In this document: positions 19,527-28,092 of the stretch, piece by piece
Numbering within the stretch: the first letter of the stretch is position 1
Layout of the letters: every line of letters begins with the position of its first letter
Source: a virus
Taxonomy: Duplodnaviria > Caudoviricetes
IMG/VR virus record: IMGVR_UViG_3300010429_001356
Location: 2,456 to 66,455 of that record
Strand: one strand, 5' to 3'
Length of the DNA stretch: 64,000 nucleotides
Program-made: the position numbers and the translations under genes
The notes under the pieces: model-generated
Databases searched by the model: none
What the model was told of the DNA's origin: nothing
What the model saw: the letters and a program-made list of their open reading frames with translations, nothing else

Positions 19527-19885
19527 CCCAGGGGCCTGGAGAGCAGAAGATCCTCGAGCAGTGCTGGGCGAGCAGGCTTCCGATCCCCCGGGCGATCCAG
19601 AACGCCCCGGAGCTGAACCTGGGGCTGGAGTTCACCTACACGGCCTTCTGGGAGCTCAGCACCTCCCGCCCTGTCGGGTGGAGCCCTGGTCCGATCCCGT
19701 GGCACGTCATCCACGAGTACGCCAAGTCACAGGGACTCGACGACGAGGAAGAGGCGGACTTCGTCTTCCTCGTCCGCAAGATGGACCGAGCGTTCCTGGA
19801 GTGGAACGAGGCCCAGCAGAAGGGCGCGAAGAAGGCGGACGCCGGTGGGCGGAACAAGCTCGGGGCGACGAAGTCTGCCTCTTAG
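19493..19885 (+). CDS. Frameshift extension of the tail chaperone (gpGT-like)
   Basis: AFWELSTSRPVGWSPGPIPW..LVRKMDRAFL. Confidence 0.8.
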   Translation, partial: GKLVSCLQYALTQGPGEQKILEQCWASRLPIPRAIQNAPELNLGLEFTYTAFWELSTSRPVGWSPGPIPWHVIHEYAKSQGLDDEEEADFVFLVRKMDRAFLEWNEAQQKGAKKADAGGRNKLGATKSAS

Positions 19886-19931
19886 AGCTTCCTCGGACGT
19901 ATACTTCGAGAGCTCCAGGAGCCCTCCGACC

Positions 19932-20372
19932 ATGGCCGACCCGTCCACTTTCGCCAAGCGGATGCAGATCCGCGCCGACCGAGTCGGCGGGAGCATCGAC
20001 CGCATCGCTCGGAAGGCCGCCCTCGCGGTCGACCAGGCGCTGGTGCTGGCGACCCCGGTGGACACTGGCCGCGCCCGCTCCAACTGGCGGGCCGAGGTCG
20101 GTGGAGCTCCGAGCGGGACCATCCAGCCCTACTCCCCCGGCGACAAGCTCGGGATCGGGGAGCAGGCCAACGCGGCCGCCGCGATGCAGCAGGCCGCGGG
20201 GCAGGTTGCGGGGTGGCGTCCGTCTTCCGAAGTTCCGCTGTTCATCTCGAACAACGTCGACTACATCGGCAAGCTGAACGAGGGCTCCTCGAAGCAGGCA
20301 CCCGCCAACTTCGTCGAGCAGGCAATCGCGGCGGGTATCGGTGCGATCGCTAACGCGAAGGTGCTCTCCTAA
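19932..20372 (+). CDS. HK97 gp10-like tail completion protein
   Basis: TPVDTGRARSNW..LFISNNVDYIGKLNEGSSKQAPANFV. Confidence 0.8.
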   Translation: MADPSTFAKRMQIRADRVGGSIDRIARKAALAVDQALVLATPVDTGRARSNWRAEVGGAPSGTIQPYSPGDKLGIGEQANAAAAMQQAAGQVAGWRPSSEVPLFISNNVDYIGKLNEGSSKQAPANFVEQAIAAGIGAIANAKVLS

Positions 20373-23032
20373 TGGCCACTGAACGCTTTGACATCGTGTT
20401 CACGGCCAAGGGTGCCCGCGAGGTGCGGAGGGAGATCTCCGGCATTGGCAGCGACTCGTCCTTCGCCGCCAGCTCGGTGAACTTCCTCAAGAACGCGCTG
20501 GTTGCGCTCGGATCCGCACAGGTCATCCGGGGCCTGGTCAACATCGCCGATACGTACCAGAACGTGCAGAACCGCCTCCGCCAGGTGACCAACGGAACGG
20601 AGGAGCTCCGGATCGTCACTCAGGAGCTGTTCGACATCTCGAACCGGACGCGCACTTCGTTCGAGGAAACCAGCCAGCTCTACTTCCGTTCTGCCCGCGC
20701 CGCTCAGGTGCTTGGCAAGAGCCAGAAGGAAGTGCTGGACTTCACGACGACGCTCTCCGAAGCCGTGGCGCTCTCGGGTGCCTCGGTTCGCGAGGCCAAC
20801 CTCGCGGTGCTCCAGTTCACGCAGGGCCTGGCGTCCAACCGGCTCGCAGGTGACGAGCTCCGCTCAGTCCTGGAGCAGCTGCCCAACATCGCCGCGTCTA
20901 TCGCGAAGCAGCTCGGAGTCACCATCGGTGAGCTGCGCAACCTCGCCGCCTCCGGCGCGATCACCACCGACCAGATCTTCGCCGCCTTCTCGGGCGACGA
21001 GGCCGCCCGCATCGCCGCCGAGTTCCAGAAGACCATCCCCACCGTCGAGCAGTCGCTCGTCGTGCTGAAGAACCGGGTCATCGAGCTGGTCGGAGAGTTC
21101 AACCAGGCCACGGGTGCCACCCAGAAGCTCGTCGCCGTGATCAACGCCGTGGGCGAGAATGCCGACGTGATCGGCCGCGCGATCCTCGGCGGCACCTTCG
21201 TGATCGGTGTCACGAAGGCGATCCTCGCCGTGCAGCTTCTGACGCTGGTCATTGCCGCCAACCCCGTCGGCTTCCTCCTGACTGCGCTGACCGCGGGCAT
21301 CGTGGCGCTCGTCGCTTTCAGCGACCGCATCGTGTCGCTCCAGGACGGGCTCACGACGCTTCAGGACTTCTTCCAGGCGTTCGGTGAGTTCCTGGTGTCC
21401 CGGTTCACCGAGCTGATGGACTTCATCAGCAGCTTCTTCGGCGAGCTCCCCGACCTTGCGAGCGTGTCTTTCGAGGATATCCTCGTCGGAGCGGCCCAGT
21501 TCCTCGACAACTTCCTGGGCGTCTTCCTTGGCACGTTCTACGCCATCGGAGCGCTGCTCAGCAACGTGGGCGAGAACTGGCCCGAGCTGATCACCTTCGC
21601 CATCAAGCAGATGGTGAATGCCGCCATCAACGCCCTCAACTTCCTGCCGAAGGCCATCAATGCCCTGATCGACGGGCTCATCGCGTCCTTCAGCTCGTTC
21701 TTCAAGCGGCTGGAGCTTGCCTGGATCTACTGGTCGCAGGCCGTGAACAACGCCTTCGACGGCAACTTCGATGCCGCGCTGGAGAACATCAAGGACGCGA
21801 GCTTCCAGGTCGAGAACGCGGTTGTGAATATCGGCGACAACGTGCGCCGAGCCTACGACAAGTACAAGGACATCAACCTCATCCCAACGCTGGAGATCTC
21901 CGGTGCCGAGCAGGCGGCCGCGGAGCAGCTCGGGCAGGACGTCATCGACGCCTTCCTGAAGGGCTTCAACGAGCCGGGTGCGGCCGAGGCCAACATCCAG
22001 TCGATCCTGGCCCGTGCCCGCGAGATCGCGAGCGAGCGAGCTTCCGCAGCTCAGGCTCAGGCGGCGCGCGATGCGGCGGCGCGCGAGGGGCTGAACGCTC
22101 CCGGCGCTGACATGACGGGCGAGATCCGCGCCCGCGTGCTGAAGGAGATCACCGACGGCCTCACCCGCGAGGCCAGCCTCCTTTCCCTGGGCAACCGGGA
22201 GCGAGAGGTTCGCAACGCCCTCGACAAGGTCCAGGAAGAGCTCCAGTCGAAGAAGGTCACGGCAACCCCGGACGAGCTGAACGCCCTACAGCGGCAGATC
22301 GAGCTCAACTTCGCCCTGAAGGACCAGGCCCGCATCCTGGAGGAGATCAAGGGTCCGCAGGAGGACATCAAGAACAACATCGCAGCGATCAACGCCCTCT
22401 ACTCCCAGGGCAAGATCACGATTGACGAGTACAACGAGGCGCTCCGCAACCAGCGCATCCAGGCGCTGGAGAGCGACCGCTCGGTCGCTGGTGGCTTCGA
22501 GCGAGGCTTCCTGAAGCTCCAGAACCAGATCGGGGACTTCGCGGCCCAGGCGGAGACGACGCTCGTCAACGCCTTCAGCTCGGCGGAGGACGCGCTGGTG
22601 GAGTTCGTCCAGACCGGAGAGTTCAACTTCTCGAAGCTGGTCGACTCGATCCTCGCGGACCTGACCCGGCTGCTCGCCCGCCAGGCGCTCTTCGCCCTGC
22701 TGAACGCCTTCACGGGAGGAGCGGGTGGCTCGGCGGCCGGTCTGCTCGGTGGTCTGTTCGGCGGCGCTCGTGCCGAGGGCGGTCCCGTCTCGCCCGGCAA
22801 GAGCTACCTGGTCGGCGAGAATGGACCGGAGATCTTCCAGCCCAACGTGGGCGGCACTATCGTTCCCAACGGGGCGACGATGGCGGCCCCGCAGGTGAAC
22901 GTCTCCGTCGTCAACGTCACCGACCCCGACGAGGTTGGCTCGGCGCTGAACGATCCGCGGAATCAGGAGATCATCGTGAACATCATCGGTCGCAACCGTC
23001 AGGCCGTCAACCGCTCGCTGGGGAATGGATAA
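20372..23032 (+). CDS. Tape measure protein (886 aa)
   Basis: N-terminal tape-measure domain (ADTYQNVQNRL..LAGDELRSVLEQLP); lambda-like C-terminus AFSSAEDALVEFVQTG. Confidence 0.92.
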   Translation: MATERFDIVFTAKGAREVRREISGIGSDSSFAASSVNFLKNALVALGSAQVIRGLVNIADTYQNVQNRLRQVTNGTEELRIVTQELFDISNRTRTSFEETSQLYFRSARAAQVLGKSQKEVLDFTTTLSEAVALSGASVREANLAVLQFTQGLASNRLAGDELRSVLEQLPNIAASIAKQLGVTIGELRNLAASGAITTDQIFAAFSGDEAARIAAEFQKTIPTVEQSLVVLKNRVIELVGEFNQATGATQKLVAVINAVGENADVIGRAILGGTFVIGVTKAILAVQLLTLVIAANPVGFLLTALTAGIVALVAFSDRIVSLQDGLTTLQDFFQAFGEFLVSRFTELMDFISSFFGELPDLASVSFEDILVGAAQFLDNFLGVFLGTFYAIGALLSNVGENWPELITFAIKQMVNAAINALNFLPKAINALIDGLIASFSSFFKRLELAWIYWSQAVNNAFDGNFDAALENIKDASFQVENAVVNIGDNVRRAYDKYKDINLIPTLEISGAEQAAAEQLGQDVIDAFLKGFNEPGAAEANIQSILARAREIASERASAAQAQAARDAAAREGLNAPGADMTGEIRARVLKEITDGLTREASLLSLGNREREVRNALDKVQEELQSKKVTATPDELNALQRQIELNFALKDQARILEEIKGPQEDIKNNIAAINALYSQGKITIDEYNEALRNQRIQALESDRSVAGGFERGFLKLQNQIGDFAAQAETTLVNAFSSAEDALVEFVQTGEFNFSKLVDSILADLTRLLARQALFALLNAFTGGAGGSAAGLLGGLFGGARAEGGPVSPGKSYLVGENGPEIFQPNVGGTIVPNGATMAAPQVNVSVVNVTDPDEVGSALNDPRNQEIIVNIIGRNRQAVNRSLGNG

Positions 23033-24555
23033 TGCCGTTCATCTTCGGAACCAGCTCTGACTACCAGGCGTTCGCCTCCATCCTGCGGCGAGTGGCCATC
23101 GGCACCTCGCTGCAGTCGGTGGACTCAGTCGCTGGCGGCGGCACCGGCTACACCGTCGGCGACATCCTGACGGTGAGCGGCGGCACCTCAGTGATCGCGG
23201 CGACCCTCGAGGTGCTCGCAGCGCCCGCGGGCGTGATCAGCTCGGTGCGCATCCGCAACGCGGGCCTCTACACGACCGCCCCGGGCGACCCCGTGAGCGT
23301 CACTGGCGGCACCGGCACCGGCGCGACCTTCAACCTGACCTTCGACACGAACGGCTGGATCGACCGCCGAGCCAACGGCTGCCCCGAGTGCGCGGTCTCC
23401 GCCACCGTCGGCGCTGGAGGCACCGGCTACACCGTCGGCGACCAGCTCACGGTCAGCGGCGGCACCTTCGGCCGCCCCGCCATCTTCCAGGTGGCGACCG
23501 CCCCTGCTGGCGTGGTCGCGACGGTCACGCTGGTCGACCGAGGCGACTACACGACCACCCCCGGCAACCCGGCGAGCACGACTGGCGGCACCGGCACCGG
23601 CTGCACGCTGAACATCACCTACGGATCGGGTGAGCGAGAGGTCATTCTCGAGGGCGAGGGCTCCGGCTCCGACGAGATCTACGTCGGCTACCGCTCGTTC
23701 TTCGACTCCGGCTCCGGCGCTCGCAACCTCTGCCTGAACGGATTCACCGGCTTCTCGGCTGCCCTTTCCTACGAGGATCAGCCCGGGCGCTCCCCGGGGC
23801 TCGACACCTCCTCCGCTGGAGTTGACCTCGGCGGTGCCTACGTCCTGCTGACGAGCTCCACCGTCACGTGGTGGATCAGCGTCACGCCGCGGCGCATCAT
23901 CGGCGTGGCCAAGACGGGCACCTGCTACTCGTCCTTCCACCTCGGATTCCTGAACCCGTTCGCGACCGGCGGCGAGTGGCCCTACCCGCTGTTCATCTGC
24001 GGCACGACCAGCGAGCGGTTCCGCACGCCCGGCACCACGATCATCTCCTCCTCGGGGATCATCGACCCCGTGCGAGACTCCACGGCTGACGTCGGTCCCG
24101 GCCTCGTCCGGCTCGCCTCCGGCACGTGGGCAGATGTCTACAACTCGACGAACGGCAGCCCCCGAAGCGCCGCAACCCAGGGAGTCGTGATCTCGCCCGC
24201 GGGTCGCCTGACCGGCATCACCTTCGGGTCTGGCGACGACTGGTACAACACCTCGACCAACACCTGGGATCAGTACATCCCCGTCAGCGGAGACCCCGGC
24301 ACTGTGTCGAATCGTCTCCTGCGGACTACTAACAGCGGGGGTGACCTCATCATCACCGTCCAGGCGACGCTGATCTGGTCGAACGGCGCGACACCGCAGG
24401 GCGTCCTCGGGGAGATCGACGGGGCCTTCTGGTTCGACACCGCGGGCACCGTCGTGGCGGAGAACCGTTTCACGGACAGCGGAGTTCGCTACACCGCCTT
24501 CCAGAACGGCATCCGCGCCGACAACTGGGCACTGTGGGCTCTGCGGGAGGACTAA
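23032..24555 (+). CDS. Virion tail protein with a duplicated ~70-aa domain
   Basis: Two copies of GGTGYTVGD-x-LTVSGGT...TGGTGTG. Confidence 0.7.
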   Translation: MPFIFGTSSDYQAFASILRRVAIGTSLQSVDSVAGGGTGYTVGDILTVSGGTSVIAATLEVLAAPAGVISSVRIRNAGLYTTAPGDPVSVTGGTGTGATFNLTFDTNGWIDRRANGCPECAVSATVGAGGTGYTVGDQLTVSGGTFGRPAIFQVATAPAGVVATVTLVDRGDYTTTPGNPASTTGGTGTGCTLNITYGSGEREVILEGEGSGSDEIYVGYRSFFDSGSGARNLCLNGFTGFSAALSYEDQPGRSPGLDTSSAGVDLGGAYVLLTSSTVTWWISVTPRRIIGVAKTGTCYSSFHLGFLNPFATGGEWPYPLFICGTTSERFRTPGTTIISSSGIIDPVRDSTADVGPGLVRLASGTWADVYNSTNGSPRSAATQGVVISPAGRLTGITFGSGDDWYNTSTNTWDQYIPVSGDPGTVSNRLLRTTNSGGDLIITVQATLIWSNGATPQGVLGEIDGAFWFDTAGTVVAENRFTDSGVRYTAFQNGIRADNWALWALRED

Positions 24556-24558
24556 AGC

Positions 24559-25557
24559 ATGGCGTACCAGACCGGCACAGCATCGAGCCAGGAAGACCTG
24601 ATGAACGTGCTCCAGACGTTCGCAGCCGCGAACGGCTGGACCGTGGACATCATGTCCACGACGAACGACTGGATGGCGCTCAACAACGGCTCGGTCTTCG
24701 TGCAGTTCCGCTGGGACAACTCGACCGGCATCGCCATGTTCCAGTCGACCGCCTTCAGCGGAACCGGCGTCGCCCCGGGCAACCACACTGGCGACGACGG
24801 CTGCGGGCTCCTCGATGCCTCGGCTCCCTACAACTCGACCGTGAGCTCCGGTCGGCGGATCACCGTGGGCAACGGTCCCTACACCGCCTACCACTTCTTC
24901 ACCGACGGCACCACGAAGTACATCCACGTCGTCCTCGAGTACTCGCCCGGCCTGTACCGCCACTTCTCGTTCGGCACGATCAACAAGGTCGGCACGTGGA
25001 CCGGCGGGCAGTACGCGGCCGCCATGGCGATCGGGGCGAACCCCGGCCTCGTGAACACCAGCACCCACAACATCCTCTGGTCCGGCTGCAACAGCGGCAC
25101 GACGACGACCGACGCGACCAACTCCAGCTGCATCCGCGTCGAAGGCATGCCCAACCAGACGGGGAGCATGAAGTGGATGCTGCTCACGCTGCAGACGTCG
25201 AACCTCGGCAACGACCGCGCTGGCAACGCCCGCATCGCTTGCCCGGGTGGTTTCCTCGGGTGCAACCCCTGGCTGACGCGGTACGGATTCTTCCGGGCGA
25301 GCCTCCTCAACGGCTTCCTCCCACTGATCAAGATCCCGATCTTCTGGCGGGACACGGCTCCCGCCCCGGACACGTACATGCTGCTCGGCTTCGTCCCTGA
25401 CGTGTTCCACATTCAGATGGCGAACCTCGCCCCTGGGCAGGAGTTCACGATCGGTGGCGACACCTACATGGTGTTCCCGGTCATCCGCAAGCAGAACACC
25501 TCGAGCAGCGTCGAGGAGAGCAAGAACGCTGGGGTGGTGTACCGCAAGGTGGTGTAA
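24559..25557 (+). CDS. Virion tail protein
   Basis: MAYQTGTASSQEDLMNVLQTFAAANGW start, as in YuA-like tail proteins. Confidence 0.7.
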   Translation: MAYQTGTASSQEDLMNVLQTFAAANGWTVDIMSTTNDWMALNNGSVFVQFRWDNSTGIAMFQSTAFSGTGVAPGNHTGDDGCGLLDASAPYNSTVSSGRRITVGNGPYTAYHFFTDGTTKYIHVVLEYSPGLYRHFSFGTINKVGTWTGGQYAAAMAIGANPGLVNTSTHNILWSGCNSGTTTTDATNSSCIRVEGMPNQTGSMKWMLLTLQTSNLGNDRAGNARIACPGGFLGCNPWLTRYGFFRASLLNGFLPLIKIPIFWRDTAPAPDTYMLLGFVPDVFHIQMANLAPGQEFTIGGDTYMVFPVIRKQNTSSSVEESKNAGVVYRKVV

Positions 25558-25560
25558 CGC

Positions 25561-27279
25561 ATGTCGTCCTTCCCGGCCTACGTCAGCGATGTCCTCACTG
25601 GGCTGCGAATCGCCCAGAGTGGCAACATGGCCGGGCCGCTCGTGCGGATGGAGAACGCGGTCCCGGCGGTTACGCTCAACGCTCTCGACAACCCGGACGA
25701 GTCGGCGAGCCTGTTCGACGGCTCCCCGACTCCCGGCCCTCCGGTTGATGCCCACCCCTGCTACGTGACCGAGGACATCGGCGATGTCTGGTTCGACATC
25801 ATCCACATCCTCCCGCGGTCGATCGTCCTCGGGAACATCCTGACGACGGTCACTCAGCAGATCGACATCTACAACGCCTTCCTCTACGAGCCGCACGACC
25901 TCCAGGCGTTCATCAACAACGCTGGCGTCGGCACCAGCATCACTGACCTGCCCACCCTGCCGTTCACGATCCCCCCGCAGGAGTCCCTCCTGCTGACCCT
26001 CCAGGTCACGCCCGACGGCGCTCCGACGATCAACACCACCCTGGACTTCGATACCGACGAGCCGTATCTTCTCCAGATCCCGATCCAGGGCACGCGAATC
26101 GTCATGTTCCCCTTCGAGCCGGAGACCCCGCTCATCGAGCGGCTCCAGTTCCTGACCGACGTCTTCATCCACAAGGACGGCACCGAGCAGCGAGTTTCGC
26201 TCCGGAAGGCACCTCGGCAGGTGTTTGACATGAAGCTCCGCCGCGAGGATGGGGTTGAGCGGCAGCGCGTCGACTTCCTGCTCTTCGACTGGCAGAGCCG
26301 CGTGTTCGGCCTCCCGATGTGGCACGAGCCGACCCTGCTCACTGGCGACGTCACCGCCGGGGCGACGAGCATCAACGTGCAGGACACGACGCTCTCCGAC
26401 TTCCGAGTCGGCGGCCTCGCCATCATCTACGAGAGCGAGACGAAGTTCGACGCCCTGGAGGTCACGGCTGTGGGGCCGACCTCGATCTCGTTCAACACCC
26501 CGGTCACGCAGGACTACTCTGCTGCCGCGGGCATCCGCGTGATGCCGCTCCGAACCGCAATCACGAGCCAGCCCGCGAAGGAGAGCAAGTACGCCGTCAA
26601 CCTCTGCGACTTCGACCTGACCATGCGGGTGCTTGACAACGACGTCGACCTGAGCGACCTGACCGGCTGGCCGACGTACAACAGCAAGATCCTGCTCAGC
26701 GACGCGAACGCGATCACCGGCACCCTGGATGGACTGATCGAGCGGGAGCTCACGGTCTTCGATGGCTCCGGTGGCGGCAAGTTCTCGCAGGTCAGCACCT
26801 GGAACCGAGCTCGCCACAGCTCCGCGAAGACCTTCGTCAGCACCACCCGCAGCCGCCTCTGGGCGATCCGCAAGCTGCTCCACGCCCTGCGGGGACGTCA
26901 GGTCAGCTTCTACCTCCCGACCTTCACGAAGGACATCACGCTCGCCAGCCTGTACCTCTCGGGGAGCTCCGCCCTGGCCATCGTGAACGTGGGGTACTCC
27001 CGCTACGCGAAGCAGCGCACGCCGAAGGTGGACATCCGGATCATCCTGAACGACGGCACCATCTTCACGAGGACCGTGACGGCCTCTTCCGAGGTGGACG
27101 CGAACACCGAGCAGCTCACGCTCAGCTCGGTCATCGCCCAGAACATCGCTCCGGCGGACGTGGCCCGCATCGAGTTCCTCGAGAAGGTTCGCATCGACAG
27201 CGACGAGATCGTGATCGAGCACCGCTCGGCGAACGGTGAGGCTAACATTGGCTTCCCGGTCAGGGGCGTGCTGGAGTAG
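25561..27279 (+). CDS. Distal tail/baseplate protein
   Basis: ERLQFLTDVFIHKDGTEQRVSLRKAPRQ..FYLPTF. Confidence 0.72.
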   Translation: MSSFPAYVSDVLTGLRIAQSGNMAGPLVRMENAVPAVTLNALDNPDESASLFDGSPTPGPPVDAHPCYVTEDIGDVWFDIIHILPRSIVLGNILTTVTQQIDIYNAFLYEPHDLQAFINNAGVGTSITDLPTLPFTIPPQESLLLTLQVTPDGAPTINTTLDFDTDEPYLLQIPIQGTRIVMFPFEPETPLIERLQFLTDVFIHKDGTEQRVSLRKAPRQVFDMKLRREDGVERQRVDFLLFDWQSRVFGLPMWHEPTLLTGDVTAGATSINVQDTTLSDFRVGGLAIIYESETKFDALEVTAVGPTSISFNTPVTQDYSAAAGIRVMPLRTAITSQPAKESKYAVNLCDFDLTMRVLDNDVDLSDLTGWPTYNSKILLSDANAITGTLDGLIERELTVFDGSGGGKFSQVSTWNRARHSSAKTFVSTTRSRLWAIRKLLHALRGRQVSFYLPTFTKDITLASLYLSGSSALAIVNVGYSRYAKQRTPKVDIRIILNDGTIFTRTVTASSEVDANTEQLTLSSVIAQNIAPADVARIEFLEKVRIDSDEIVIEHRSANGEANIGFPVRGVLE

Positions 27280-27282
27280 CAG

Positions 27283-28092
27283 ATGGCCTACAACACGCAG
27301 GAAATCTCGGTCGAGAGCGGACAGCCCATCGAGCTGTTCGACTTCCGCATCGGCACCGAGTCGTACCTCTACACCAGCAACCCGAACGCGGTCACGTACA
27401 ACAGCCTGACGTATCAGCCCTTCGAGGTCGAGCGGCAGAACCTGAACTTCAGCGCCGAGCAGCGGGCCGAGACCCTGCAGATCAACGTGCCCGCCACTGA
27501 GCCGCTGGTTCGCAAGTACATCAACTCCGTCCCCGGTCAGCGAGCCACCCTCACCATTCGTCGCGTGCATCGGAACGACGGAGCGAACGAAGTGATCGAG
27601 CTCTGGAAGGGCACCGTCCGCACGGTCGGGTTCGATCAGAACGGCGTGCGAGCGAACATCGCTGTCGTGCCGCTCACCGCCGAGCTGGCGAACGCGATCC
27701 CTCGGTTCAAGTACAGCGCCGTCTGCAACCACGTGCTGTACGACCAGGGCTGCACAGTTGCCCAGTCGCTCTTCCGTCACCAGGAGGAGGTAACGGGAGT
27801 CGCCGGAGACACGATCACGGTGCAGGGCCTGGCCGCGAAGGGCACCGGGTGGGCCAACGGTGGCTACATCGCCCTCCCCTCCGGGGACTTCCGGCTGGTC
27901 ATCGAGCATACCGGCGACACCGTGCGGGTGCTCAAGCCGTTCCCGAGCTCTCCGCTCGGGCTCACCGTCGAGGTGTTCGCTGGGTGCGACCACAGCATCA
28001 ACACCTGCTCGTCCAAGTTCAACAACGTGGCCAACTTCGGCGGGTTCGCCTGGGTGCCGCTGCGGAACATCTTCTCCACGGGGCTGAAGTGA
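27283..28092 (+). CDS. Baseplate hub protein (DUF2163/BR0599-like)
   Basis: CNHVLYDQGC..FAGCDHSINTCSSKFNNVANFGGFAWVP. Confidence 0.88.
   Translation: MAYNTQEISVESGQPIELFDFRIGTESYLYTSNPNAVTYNSLTYQPFEVERQNLNFSAEQRAETLQINVPATEPLVRKYINSVPGQRATLTIRRVHRNDGANEVIELWKGTVRTVGFDQNGVRANIAVVPLTAELANAIPRFKYSAVCNHVLYDQGCTVAQSLFRHQEEVTGVAGDTITVQGLAAKGTGWANGGYIALPSGDFRLVIEHTGDTVRVLKPFPSSPLGLTVEVFAGCDHSINTCSSKFNNVANFGGFAWVPLRNIFSTGLK

Noticed and set aside
23188-27993. 1601-aa minus-strand ORF (and similar long ones at 17269, 27864, 36044, 40581, 52590, 60103)
   Set aside because: Antisense shadows of codon-biased + strand genes in GC-rich DNA; no motifs
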